Origin: a virus
DNA length: 64,000 nt
Reading direction: 5' to 3' (one strand)
IMG/VR virus record: IMGVR_UViG_3300007512_001547
Location: 64,001-128,000 of that record
The position numbers and the translations under genes are program-made. How positions within the stretch are numbered: position 1 is the first letter of the stretch; each line of letters opens with the position of its first letter. Shown here in pieces: positions 1 through 8,946 of the stretch. The notes under the pieces are model-generated. The model searched no databases. It saw only the letters and a program-made list of their open reading frames with translations, and was not told the DNA's origin.

Positions 1-1962
1 GTTGCAGGTATTATAGCAGGTAAAAAAGATGGCACAGGAAATCACGGTGTGGCTTTTGATGCAGATCTAGTTGGTGCTAATGTTGACTATTATGGATTTG
101 GTGGTATCTCAAAAAGTTATGCTCAACAGGCATTACACGATTTTGCAAAATTAAAAGATCCAAATGGTGAAAACTTAAACATTGTTGCAGTTAATATGAG
201 TTTTAACTCTCCAACAGTATTTACTAGTGGTTCAAATGATTGGACATGGAATAATGGTTCAACAGTAATTCAATTATCAGATGGCACATACAACGCAACA
301 GAAATTACTGCGGCAGTCAACGTTGGTGACGGTCAAGGAAAATATTGGAAAATTGCAACAGACAATGATATTATTTTAGTAAACTCGGCAGGTAACACCG
401 GACATAATCACGCAGGTGATCCTGGTATATGGGCAGTTGAAACCGATGCAAATGGAAATCTTGTGTTAGGTGGCAAAATGGTTATAGTAGGTAACTGGGA
501 TGGCTCAAATGTTCAAGGTAACAAAGCAGGCCATGTATGTTTAGATATTAATACATCTAACAATACTTGTAATGATACAAACAAAATTTCAGACTTTTAT
601 ATATTAGCACCGGGTGATATGATTTATAGTTCAACACCTACACATTTATCGGGTAATGGATATATGAATATGTCTGGTACTAGTATGGCGGCACCCCACG
701 TTACTGGTGCATTTGGTGTAATAAATCAAATGTGGCCACACATGAAAGGTGAAAATTTAGTTAAACTTGTATTATCGACAGCAGATAAAAATTTAACAGG
801 TTATGATGTTAATGTACATGGACAAGGATTATTAGATTTAGACGAAGCAACAAAACCTCAAGGTGCAGTAGGTATTCCTACAACAGGTAGAACAAATGGA
901 CCATTAGTAGGAACATATGGAACATATTTCTCAACTGGTACTGCGTTGCCAAGTAATTTAGCAAATTTAAAAGTAATGATACTAGACGAATATGAAAGGG
1001 ATTATTATATTAATTTAGGATCTGGTTTTACAGTTAAAGATACGAGAAAAATTTCTGACGTTGATGCAACAATGCAAGGGAACACATATCTTCCAATACA
1101 ATCTATGTACGGTAATTTTACACAAGGTGGAAATTACGATCTAGGATTTATGAACTTTGGCTTATACACAGGTGATGGTGGTAATGGAGACTATTCTTTA
1201 AATGTAGGTAAAAACTTTATGTTAAGTGATAAATTTAAATTAAAAACATCAATAGGACAAATGAACGAACAAGACAACTGGTTAGGTAACTCTTCAGATG
1301 GTGTTCTTGCAGTTGGTGATAATAACATTACAAACTTTGGACAAATAGGTGTTGAATATCAATTAGGTAACAATGTATTAAGTTTTGATTATTCAAAAGG
1401 TTACACAGATGTTAATACAATTGACAATAGTTTAATAACAGGATTTGATAATATTGAAACAGAATCAATGAAACTAGCATATAAAATACACAAAGATCAA
1501 AATAACACTTGGGGATTTACATTATCAACACCAAGTCATATTACAAATGGTACAATGAATTTATCAGTCCCTGAATCTAGAACATTAGATGGAACAGTAA
1601 ATTATACAGATATTAATTCTGAGATGAGTTCAAGCACAATAGAGAAAGACATTGGATTCTTTTATAAACACACTCCAAAAAATGACATGGATTTTTCTTT
1701 TAATTTTAAAACAGAATACAGAAAAGATATATCAGGTGTTGCTGGACAGGACGGTGTTAACCTAGCATTCAACTTTGTTAAAAAGTTAAACACAAATTGT
1801 AATTTTTTATGGAAGAAAAATCCAAAATGTTATGAAAAAAATGAAAATGGTGAAGAAGTATTAAAAGCAAATCTATATTCCAATAACAACGAAAACAACG
1901 CAACAAAACACGGATTAGTTTACGATTTAGAAACTGACAAATTTATACCAATAGAAAAGTAA
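1..1962 (+). CDS. S8 subtilisin-like serine peptidase with C-terminal autotransporter-like beta domain (5'-partial)
   Basis: The frame is open from base 1 (VAGIIAG...HGVA, the stretch after the catalytic His). It contains oxyanion NSAGN, catalytic SGTSMAAPHVTG and GQGLLDLDEAT, followed by a beta-strand-rich C-terminal half. Confidence 0.88.
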   Translation, partial: VAGIIAGKKDGTGNHGVAFDADLVGANVDYYGFGGISKSYAQQALHDFAKLKDPNGENLNIVAVNMSFNSPTVFTSGSNDWTWNNGSTVIQLSDGTYNATEITAAVNVGDGQGKYWKIATDNDIILVNSAGNTGHNHAGDPGIWAVETDANGNLVLGGKMVIVGNWDGSNVQGNKAGHVCLDINTSNNTCNDTNKISDFYILAPGDMIYSSTPTHLSGNGYMNMSGTSMAAPHVTGAFGVINQMWPHMKGENLVKLVLSTADKNLTGYDVNVHGQGLLDLDEATKPQGAVGIPTTGRTNGPLVGTYGTYFSTGTALPSNLANLKVMILDEYERDYYINLGSGFTVKDTRKISDVDATMQGNTYLPIQSMYGNFTQGGNYDLGFMNFGLYTGDGGNGDYSLNVGKNFMLSDKFKLKTSIGQMNEQDNWLGNSSDGVLAVGDNNITNFGQIGVEYQLGNNVLSFDYSKGYTDVNTIDNSLITGFDNIETESMKLAYKIHKDQNNTWGFTLSTPSHITNGTMNLSVPESRTLDGTVNYTDINSEMSSSTIEKDIGFFYKHTPKNDMDFSFNFKTEYRKDISGVAGQDGVNLAFNFVKKLNTNCNFLWKKNPKCYEKNENGEEVLKANLYSNNNENNATKHGLVYDLETDKFIPIEK

Positions 1963-1963
1963 T

Positions 1964-2152
1964 ATGGACAAAATTGAAATTACTTGTACAAATAATGGCA
2001 AAACTAAAACTGCAGACATACTATTTCGTAGTGATAAACATCTAAAAGTAGCCATTGAGGGTACTCAAATAACAATTGAGATGCATCGACTAGACGTAAA
2101 TAAACCGTATATAGGGCATACAGCAGGATTAGAGTTTACATATGGCAACTGA
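1964..2152 (+). CDS. hypothetical protein (62 aa)
   Basis: ORF tightly packed between its neighbours; no recognisable motif. Confidence 0.6.
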   Translation: MDKIEITCTNNGKTKTADILFRSDKHLKVAIEGTQITIEMHRLDVNKPYIGHTAGLEFTYGN

Positions 2153-2621
2153 AAAATTAAAATTTAAATTAGAACTATACGCAACAATGTGGGATAAGCC
2201 ACCAATTGCTGATATAAAAATTAATGAGAAGAGTCATTTCAAAGAAGAAATCACAGGTACTAACGATAAACCAACTATTATAGAATTTGAGCACGAATTT
2301 GAAGAAAATAAATCATATAATTTTATCATAGACAGATTAGGTAAAGATAAAAAACAAACAATAGTTGAAGATGGAAAAATTGTTAAAGATCAACTATTAC
2401 ATATAAAATCTATAGAAATTGACGAAATTGAGCTTGGTTCATTAATATACGAAGGTGTATATAAACCTAACTATCCAGAACCATGGGCATCACAACAAGC
2501 AGAAGCAGGCAACAAACTACCAGAAACTCTTAAAAATGTTACCCAAATGGGTCATAACGGTACCTGGACATTCTCATTTACTTCACCCTTTTATATGTGG
2601 CTATTAGAAAACCTTTACTAA
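2142..2621 (+). CDS. hypothetical protein (159 aa)
   Basis: ORF in operon-like packing; no motif recognised. Confidence 0.7.
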   Translation: MATEKLKFKLELYATMWDKPPIADIKINEKSHFKEEITGTNDKPTIIEFEHEFEENKSYNFIIDRLGKDKKQTIVEDGKIVKDQLLHIKSIEIDEIELGSLIYEGVYKPNYPEPWASQQAEAGNKLPETLKNVTQMGHNGTWTFSFTSPFYMWLLENLY

Positions 2622-2634
2622 TAAATATGCTTAT

Positions 2635-2991
2635 ATGAGAGCAAATCAATTCATAACAGAAGCACAAGATTCAGACGCAATAAACGAGTTAGACTTGTTT
2701 ATTATGAACGATGAAGATTTATATCGTAGACGTTTTATGCCTATTATAACAAATATTAAAAGAAAAATGAAAAGAGGCATATACGATCACGAAAAAGTAA
2801 TTAAATTATGGATGTATCTTGTTGATGATGCCGCAAGACAATACGTACAAGAATTTGGCACACCTGACCAAGATGTTAAAGATATGTTTCCTAAAGAAAC
2901 TAGACTGCAAGTTGCTCAAATAATTGCAAATAGAGAAAAAGAAAATATAGAACAAGGCGAATACGATGCACCTAAGGGAATTGTTTCTTAA
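2635..2991 (+). CDS. putative head-internal protein (CTS-like N-terminus MRANQFITE)
   Basis: TAAATA at 2622-2627 lies 7 nt upstream of the ATG, and the N-terminus resembles T4 internal-protein leaders. Confidence 0.55.
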   Translation: MRANQFITEAQDSDAINELDLFIMNDEDLYRRRFMPIITNIKRKMKRGIYDHEKVIKLWMYLVDDAARQYVQEFGTPDQDVKDMFPKETRLQVAQIIANREKENIEQGEYDAPKGIVS

Positions 2992-4138
2992 GGAGGATGA
3001 CAGGTCCACAGCCGTCTTTGCATTTGGCCGATTCAATCCTCCCACAATAGGACACCAAAAATTAATAGAAAAAGTACAGTCAATGGCTAGACAAGTCAAT
3101 GGCAAAGGATATCTATTTTTAACACATACACAAAACAATAAAAAAGATCCATTAACGTTTCAAGAGAAACAAGCATACATTACAAGTCAAGTAAATGATC
3201 CTAATTTGCAAATTGGAAGTGCAGATGTAAAAACAATTATTCAAGCATTACAAAAAATAGAAGCACAAGGTAGAACAAGAGTAATAATGGTTGCTGGTGA
3301 TGATCGTGTAATGGAATTCCAAAAATTTTTAAATCAATATAACGGCAATCCAGATAAGCAAGGTAACATTCCTTATAAATTTGATGACGTCCAAGTAGTC
3401 AGTGCTGGACAAAGAGATCCAGACGCAGATGACATAGCAGGTGTTTCAGCATCTAAGGCAAGAGAGTTGGCACTAAAAGGTCAGGAACATGAATTTTCTA
3501 AAATAGTAATGGGCGGTGATGCTGGTAAAGTACTATACGATAAAATACAAGACGCACTTGGAGTCCAGGTTGCTGAAAACAACAAAAAGTTGTATAATGA
3601 AGATATGGACGGTAAACCAATAGTATATATTGACATGGATGGCGTTTTGGCTGACTTCTTTGGTGGTGTTGAAAAAATGTATGGCGTACAACACTGGAAA
3701 GAATTAAGTTCAGACAAAACTAAAGATTTAAAACAAGAAGTTATTAATAGAATATCAGGCACAGATTTTTTTGCAACACTTCCTAAATTTGATAGTGCTG
3801 GTGAATTAATATCAATGGTTAAAGAGTTTACTGGTGGAAACTTTTCAATTAACACATCTCCTTTAAGAGGTGACAATGAAAACTCTACCAAATACAAAAA
3901 ATTATGGATACAAAATAACATTGAACAACCAGATGAAATTGTAATAACAGGACGTAAAGAAAGTTATGCAAAAGACAAAGCATCTGGTACACCAAATATT
4001 TTAATAGACGACAGGCCAGTTAATATTGAACGTTGGCAGGGAGCGGGAGGTTATGGAATTTTATATCAAGCAAATAGAGATTCACTAACTAAAGTAAAAC
4101 AAGCACTTGACCAATATGGTAAATCAGATCAATCATAG
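2966..4138 (+). CDS. HxGH cytidylyltransferase-like domain fused to HAD 5'(3')-deoxyribonucleotidase
   Basis: FGRFNPPTIGHQKL (HxGH-type) and VAGDDR in the N-half. YIDMDGVLADF and LIDDR (HAD motifs I and IV) in the C-half. Confidence 0.8.
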   Translation: MHLRELFLKEDDRSTAVFAFGRFNPPTIGHQKLIEKVQSMARQVNGKGYLFLTHTQNNKKDPLTFQEKQAYITSQVNDPNLQIGSADVKTIIQALQKIEAQGRTRVIMVAGDDRVMEFQKFLNQYNGNPDKQGNIPYKFDDVQVVSAGQRDPDADDIAGVSASKARELALKGQEHEFSKIVMGGDAGKVLYDKIQDALGVQVAENNKKLYNEDMDGKPIVYIDMDGVLADFFGGVEKMYGVQHWKELSSDKTKDLKQEVINRISGTDFFATLPKFDSAGELISMVKEFTGGNFSINTSPLRGDNENSTKYKKLWIQNNIEQPDEIVITGRKESYAKDKASGTPNILIDDRPVNIERWQGAGGYGILYQANRDSLTKVKQALDQYGKSDQS

Positions 4139-4781
4139 ATATCTTCACTTTGGACCAGTAATAGGTGGCACAAAATGTAATACTGATCTCTGTAAAGAAC
4201 TATTAAATCGTGGTCATAAAACAACTAGATCACACGTTAAAAATCTTGCAGGTCATATGAAAAAGGAAAATATCTTCGAAGACCTAGATAAGAAATGGTT
4301 TGTTGATAATTTTCAAAACTATTTTATTCCTTATTTTAAAAAATTACAAGACAAATCAGATCCCAATTACTATTATGGTATGGATCCTTTTAAAGAAATA
4401 TGGCTCGCAACATTATGGATTAATTTTATGAAAAAGGGAGAATATAATCCTCCACATAATCATACTGGAGACTTTTCATTTGTTTTATACTTGCAAGTTC
4501 CAGAAGAATTAAAAAAAGAAGATCAAGCATTTGAAGGACGAGGTAGTGGACCTGGAACAATAAGTTTTATATATGGAGAAGAACAAAAAGGTATTAGCAC
4601 TGGTCATGGAATACTCCCTACTATAAATGATTTATGGATATTTCATTCATCATTAAAACATACTGTACCACCATTTAGATCAGATGTAGAACGTATTTCT
4701 GTTTCAGGAAATTGGTATATTACAGATCATATAAAAGATAAAAGCAAAGAACTAGAATTTGGAAAAATTTTAATTAAATAA
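4107..4781 (+). CDS. 2OG-Fe(II) oxygenase
   Basis: PPHNHTGDFSFVLYL, a distal His (HTVPP) and R-x-S (RISVSGN). Confidence 0.75.
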   Translation: MTNMVNQINHRYLHFGPVIGGTKCNTDLCKELLNRGHKTTRSHVKNLAGHMKKENIFEDLDKKWFVDNFQNYFIPYFKKLQDKSDPNYYYGMDPFKEIWLATLWINFMKKGEYNPPHNHTGDFSFVLYLQVPEELKKEDQAFEGRGSGPGTISFIYGEEQKGISTGHGILPTINDLWIFHSSLKHTVPPFRSDVERISVSGNWYITDHIKDKSKELEFGKILIK

Positions 4782-4793
4782 CAAAAAGGAAAT

Positions 4794-4973
4794 ATGGCAA
4801 AATTCAGCGGGATCAATAGAGCATACACAACAGGTGAAATACCAAAAACACCACAAGAAAAACAAAGAGAGTTAGATAAAAAAATGCAAGAGTTTTTAGC
4901 CAAAGGCGGCAAAGTAGAAAAATTAAAAGATCATAAGCCTACCAAAGAACAATTAAGATCATGGAAGATTTAG
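4794..4973 (+). CDS. 59-aa protein with SutA-like (RNAP-binding helix) motif; not in supplied ORF track
   Basis: ATG at 4794 after an AAGGA SD. Translates to MAKFSGINRAYTTGEIPKTPQEKQRELDKKMQEFLAKGGKVEKLKDHKPTKEQLRSWKI and fills the gap exactly. Confidence 0.7.
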   Translation: MAKFSGINRAYTTGEIPKTPQEKQRELDKKMQEFLAKGGKVEKLKDHKPTKEQLRSWKI

Positions 4974-5167
4974 AACGTTTAAAAAAATTAGCAGGCATTG
5001 AGAATTTACCTGTAGAAGATTCAATGGGAGAAAACCTTTCTCTTCATGGAACAAAAAAAGCAGAATATCAAAGAAAACATAATGTCCGTCCTGGAACAGA
5101 AGAATGGTTTAAACTGTGGTTTGCTAGACCCAAACTAACAGGTGAGAACCCAATGCCAAAAAAATAA
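4961..5167 (+). CDS. hypothetical protein with RLKKLAGI motif
   Basis: Overlaps the stop of the previous ORF. The LAG[IL] motif is shared with ORFs at 12830 and 13673. Confidence 0.65.
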   Translation: MEDLERLKKLAGIENLPVEDSMGENLSLHGTKKAEYQRKHNVRPGTEEWFKLWFARPKLTGENPMPKK

Positions 5168-5197
5168 TACCTAAATTTTACAAATTAAATACTGGCA

Positions 5198-6289
5198 ATG
5201 TTTGATGTTAAACAAAACAAAGCAATATGTATTTTACCATGGGTCCATGAGTTTAAAAATATAACTGGACAATCTGCTCCTTGTTGCCATGCACAAAAAT
5301 ACAAAAATAACCAAACCATAGATTATGTAAGAGACTCTATGTTGAAGGGCATACAACCTGATGTATGTAGTAATTGTTACAAAAGTGAAAAAGAATCAAA
5401 TTGGAGTCATAGAATAAGAGAAACCAACGATTGGATTAAAAAATTTGGTACTCCAGACATAGATAATCCAAAAATACAATTTGCAGATATTAGATACAAT
5501 CCAACTTGTAATTTAAAATGTAAAACTTGTAATGCAGAAGAAAGCACTTTATGGGCAAAAGAAAAAGGCATAAAAATTTCTATAAATGAAGAAAATCAAA
5601 ATTATATCCATACATTAGATAAAAAAATACTTAAAAAAGTTTACCTTGCAGGAGGAGAACCCACTTTTATAAAAGACTATTTAGAATTTTTAAATGCTTT
5701 ACATCTTGTTAATCCTTTTTGTGAAGTAATTATTAACACAAATCTAAAAAGACTGCCTGCTCCATGGAAAGAAATAATTAAAAAATTTGAAAATTTAACA
5801 ATAATTTGTTCTTGTGATGCTGTTGGTATACTTGGTACATATGTACGTTATCCTTTAGGTTGGGATGAATTTGAACAAAACGTTAAATTTGTAAGTGAGA
5901 ATGCAAACTTTCTACAATTTAATTTAGTTGCAAGTAATTTAACTTCTCACAAATTATACGAAACTTGCTCATGGATGAAGCAATATTCAAATCATATTAA
6001 TATATCTATTTTAAATGAACCCGAAATTTTTTTAGAATGTAGTGTACCATTGGAATACAGAGAAACATACATTAATAATATTAAAAAACTATTAAAATTT
6101 CCTGTATCTGTTTATTATGCTTCACAATTCAGAAGTGAAATAAACTATCTAATCAAAAAATACTCGACAGCGAAATATGTAAAATCATCACATAATGCGT
6201 TAAAAGACGAAATTACTGAACAAGATTCGCATAGACACTTAAAACTAATAGACGTTGATCCATTTTTACACTCTTGGATATTTCAATAA
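5198..6289 (+). CDS. Twitch/SPASM-domain radical SAM protein (paralog 1)
   Basis: N-terminal CILPW..PCC..CSNC, then CNLKCKTC and AGGEP. Confidence 0.88.
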   Translation: MFDVKQNKAICILPWVHEFKNITGQSAPCCHAQKYKNNQTIDYVRDSMLKGIQPDVCSNCYKSEKESNWSHRIRETNDWIKKFGTPDIDNPKIQFADIRYNPTCNLKCKTCNAEESTLWAKEKGIKISINEENQNYIHTLDKKILKKVYLAGGEPTFIKDYLEFLNALHLVNPFCEVIINTNLKRLPAPWKEIIKKFENLTIICSCDAVGILGTYVRYPLGWDEFEQNVKFVSENANFLQFNLVASNLTSHKLYETCSWMKQYSNHINISILNEPEIFLECSVPLEYRETYINNIKKLLKFPVSVYYASQFRSEINYLIKKYSTAKYVKSSHNALKDEITEQDSHRHLKLIDVDPFLHSWIFQ

Positions 6290-6299
6290 ATATTCATAT

Positions 6300-6908
6300 A
6301 TGCGAATAAATGAAATCCTAGAAGGTCCACACGATCCTTTTAGACATAAAGCAATATTTTTTGCTGGCTCTCCTGGTGCAGGTAAAACATATGTTGCTAG
6401 AAAATTAGCAGGTGTATTCCAAGGATTAAAACAAGTAAACATGGACACTTGGTTTAAACGTCTCATGACAAAGAAAAACTTATCATGGAAAATGCCTCCT
6501 GAAGAGGAACCTGAACGAGAAAAACAAAGACAAAGATCAAAAGAATTAGTTGCTAAACAACAACAATTACACACCGAAAGTGGATTAGGTTTGCTAATAG
6601 ATTCTACAGGTAGAGTATATGAAACTATTGAAAGAATAAAAAGTGGATTAGAAGATAAAGGATATGAAACAACAATGGTTTTTGTCAACACTGATTTACA
6701 AACTGCTTTACGTAGAAACAAACAAAGAGAACGTCAATTACCTGACGATCTTATACATAAAAATTTTGAAGTTATAGAACAAAATTTAGGAAGATTTCAA
6801 CGTTTGTTTAATGACGTACATATTATTAATAATTCTGATGATGAACAAGACACAATGCCTGAACAAATAGTACAAGTTGAAAAAGACATTAGAAAATTTT
6901 TGCAATGA
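6300..6908 (+). CDS. P-loop kinase (AAA_33/zeta-toxin-like) with CTS-like N-terminus
   Basis: Walker A GSPGAGKT, LLIDST and ALRRNKQR lid. Start placed at MRINEILEG (6300) behind TAAATA 6287-6292. Confidence 0.75.
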   Translation: MRINEILEGPHDPFRHKAIFFAGSPGAGKTYVARKLAGVFQGLKQVNMDTWFKRLMTKKNLSWKMPPEEEPEREKQRQRSKELVAKQQQLHTESGLGLLIDSTGRVYETIERIKSGLEDKGYETTMVFVNTDLQTALRRNKQRERQLPDDLIHKNFEVIEQNLGRFQRLFNDVHIINNSDDEQDTMPEQIVQVEKDIRKFLQ

Positions 6909-7162
6909 AAATACTTAGAATTATATTATGGCCTTTTAAGATGTTGTCAAACATATTATCTGCAAATTACTGGGCAAACAAAATAGCCGATAAAACCAAT
7001 ATGCATGAAAAGGTACAAGGTAGTAGATTTAATAGATGGCAGAATAGTCTACCTCAACCATATAGATTTATATTCAAAACATCTATGTTGATAATATGTA
7101 TCTACCTTATTGAGATGTATTTTAATCTAGTAGGTATGTCAATGTTGCCATGGAGATGGTAG
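6905..7162 (+). CDS. hypothetical membrane protein
   Basis: Hydrophobic C-terminal segment; ATGA overlap with the upstream stop. Confidence 0.6.
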   Translation: MKILRIILWPFKMLSNILSANYWANKIADKTNMHEKVQGSRFNRWQNSLPQPYRFIFKTSMLIICIYLIEMYFNLVGMSMLPWRW

Positions 7163-7543
7163 ATGAAAAAACTATTATTAACTTTATTTTTTATATTATT
7201 TACTTTTCCAATATATGCAAAAGAACACTTACAATTGTTAATGGCACACAATCCAGGTTGTAATATTTGTCAAAATTTTATTAACGAAGTAGCAGTAGAC
7301 TATAACGATACTGAACAATCAAGGTATCTTCCATTAGTCATAATTAATGTATATAAACAACCTGAATGGTTTAAAGAAGCATATGCTGAAAACAGAATTA
7401 AACATATTAGAGGAACACCAACATTTATTATATGGAATGGTAAAAAAGAGTTATCAAGACTTACTGGTTATAGAGACAAAGGCGATTTTATGATAAGAAT
7501 TAACATTTTTATTGAGGAACACAAATTAGATTATGAGAATTAA
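7163..7543 (+). CDS. exported thioredoxin-like protein (SoxS-like)
   Basis: Signal-peptide-like N-terminus, CNIC CxxC motif, RGTPTFI cis-Pro loop and RLTGY. Confidence 0.7.
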   Translation: MKKLLLTLFFILFTFPIYAKEHLQLLMAHNPGCNICQNFINEVAVDYNDTEQSRYLPLVIINVYKQPEWFKEAYAENRIKHIRGTPTFIIWNGKKELSRLTGYRDKGDFMIRINIFIEEHKLDYEN

Positions 7544-8180
7544 TGAAATTATAGGTGAATGGCTGATAATGCCCCAATCAATTAAACCTATGGGTTTAAT
7601 TAGAAAACCTGGTGGGGGTTTTGACTTTAAAAATAAAGGCAACAACAGAGCCAACGAAAAAGCACCTCCTGGCAGAGAAAAACAAGTTAAAGCATTAAAA
7701 GGCAAGGTTGATAATCCATATGCAGTTGCTTGGGCTTCTTATAACAAAAGCAAAAATAAAACTAATGAAGCACCGATAGAACAAGATCATAACAATCCTA
7801 TAGCAAAACCATATGTTGATATGCCAGAATGGAAAGCATTACACGATATGGATGACAAAATTATTGACGCATACATTAAACACAAACAAGTAAAAGAAGA
7901 GGTAGATCAATTTGCACCAGCAAGAGCATTAGGTGAAGCTCAATCTTCTTTAATGCATGGATTACAAATGGCTCAAAATATAATTAAAAAAGATTATAAA
8001 TTGGCAGAAGTTCAAGCCAAAGTCATTGCAGAAAATTGGCCACCTTTGATTGATAAAATTCAAAACATATACAAAAAAGAAGATGCCGCCGGTGTTGGTA
8101 TTATTACCAAACAAAACACCACTAAAGACGTCAAACCTGGCGACGAATATAAGAACGTAAAAAAATTACACCTTAGATAA
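7533..8180 (+). CDS. modular putative head-internal protein
   Basis: MRINEIIGE leader and short modules separated by xxE junctions. Confidence 0.55.
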   Translation: MRINEIIGEWLIMPQSIKPMGLIRKPGGGFDFKNKGNNRANEKAPPGREKQVKALKGKVDNPYAVAWASYNKSKNKTNEAPIEQDHNNPIAKPYVDMPEWKALHDMDDKIIDAYIKHKQVKEEVDQFAPARALGEAQSSLMHGLQMAQNIIKKDYKLAEVQAKVIAENWPPLIDKIQNIYKKEDAAGVGIITKQNTTKDVKPGDEYKNVKKLHLR

Positions 8181-8202
8181 TACAAATAATTACTTTATAC
8201 GT

Positions 8203-8946
8203 ATGATACACCTTAGAAGTTTTGGTAATAATGACGATCCTGTTATGGGAGCAGGAAACTCAACTTGGGACGCTAATTCAGGTTTACGGAAAAAAATAAT
8301 GTTTGAAAATATATCTAAGTTGCCTTACGACTTTAATAATAAAAAAATTTTAACAATAGCAGGAGGAGTAGGCAGAAATGCCGATACTCTTAGAAACTTA
8401 GGTGCAAAAGTAACAAATTCTGATTTAGGTCAACTTTGCGTTAATATTGGAAAAAGATATTACCCTAAAATTAATCATATTGTTTATGACCTGCGTAATG
8501 ATCCTTTGGAAGGATTTGACTATGTTGTATGGGAACAAATATGGACTAGAGCATATGATTTTAAAACATGGGAACATATGTATAAGTGGAAAAATTTTGC
8601 AAGAATTATTCCAAATCCGATACGATTAAAAATTTTTAAATTTAATAGTGATTACATAGATAAGACTTATTATCAACCTGAAAAAATTGGTAATGATTAT
8701 ATTAAAAGACAATTTGGTGATGGAATTTGTAATGTTAAAATGGAAACTGATATAATTGAAGATTTAATTGAAGAAGATATTGAAATTGATCTATTCAATC
8801 TGAACATTAATATACCAAAGGTGTCAAGTCATAGGTATCAAATTTTAGGTTTTAAGACAGAGCTTATTTCTAACAGAATAAATGGAATTTTTATATCCAA
8901 TGGTATAAGATTAAAATTTGAAAACGGAAAAATCAAAAAAATATGA
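8203..8946 (+). CDS. class I SAM-dependent methyltransferase-like protein
   Basis: ILTIAGGVGRN glycine loop, VTNSD acidic strand 2, YDL and FDYVV. Confidence 0.55.
   Translation: MIHLRSFGNNDDPVMGAGNSTWDANSGLRKKIMFENISKLPYDFNNKKILTIAGGVGRNADTLRNLGAKVTNSDLGQLCVNIGKRYYPKINHIVYDLRNDPLEGFDYVVWEQIWTRAYDFKTWEHMYKWKNFARIIPNPIRLKIFKFNSDYIDKTYYQPEKIGNDYIKRQFGDGICNVKMETDIIEDLIEEDIEIDLFNLNINIPKVSSHRYQILGFKTELISNRINGIFISNGIRLKFENGKIKKI

Noticed and set aside
6300-6908. Zeta toxin of a toxin-antitoxin pair
   Set aside because: No epsilon-like antitoxin is adjacent. The late box and cargo-like leader suggest another role.
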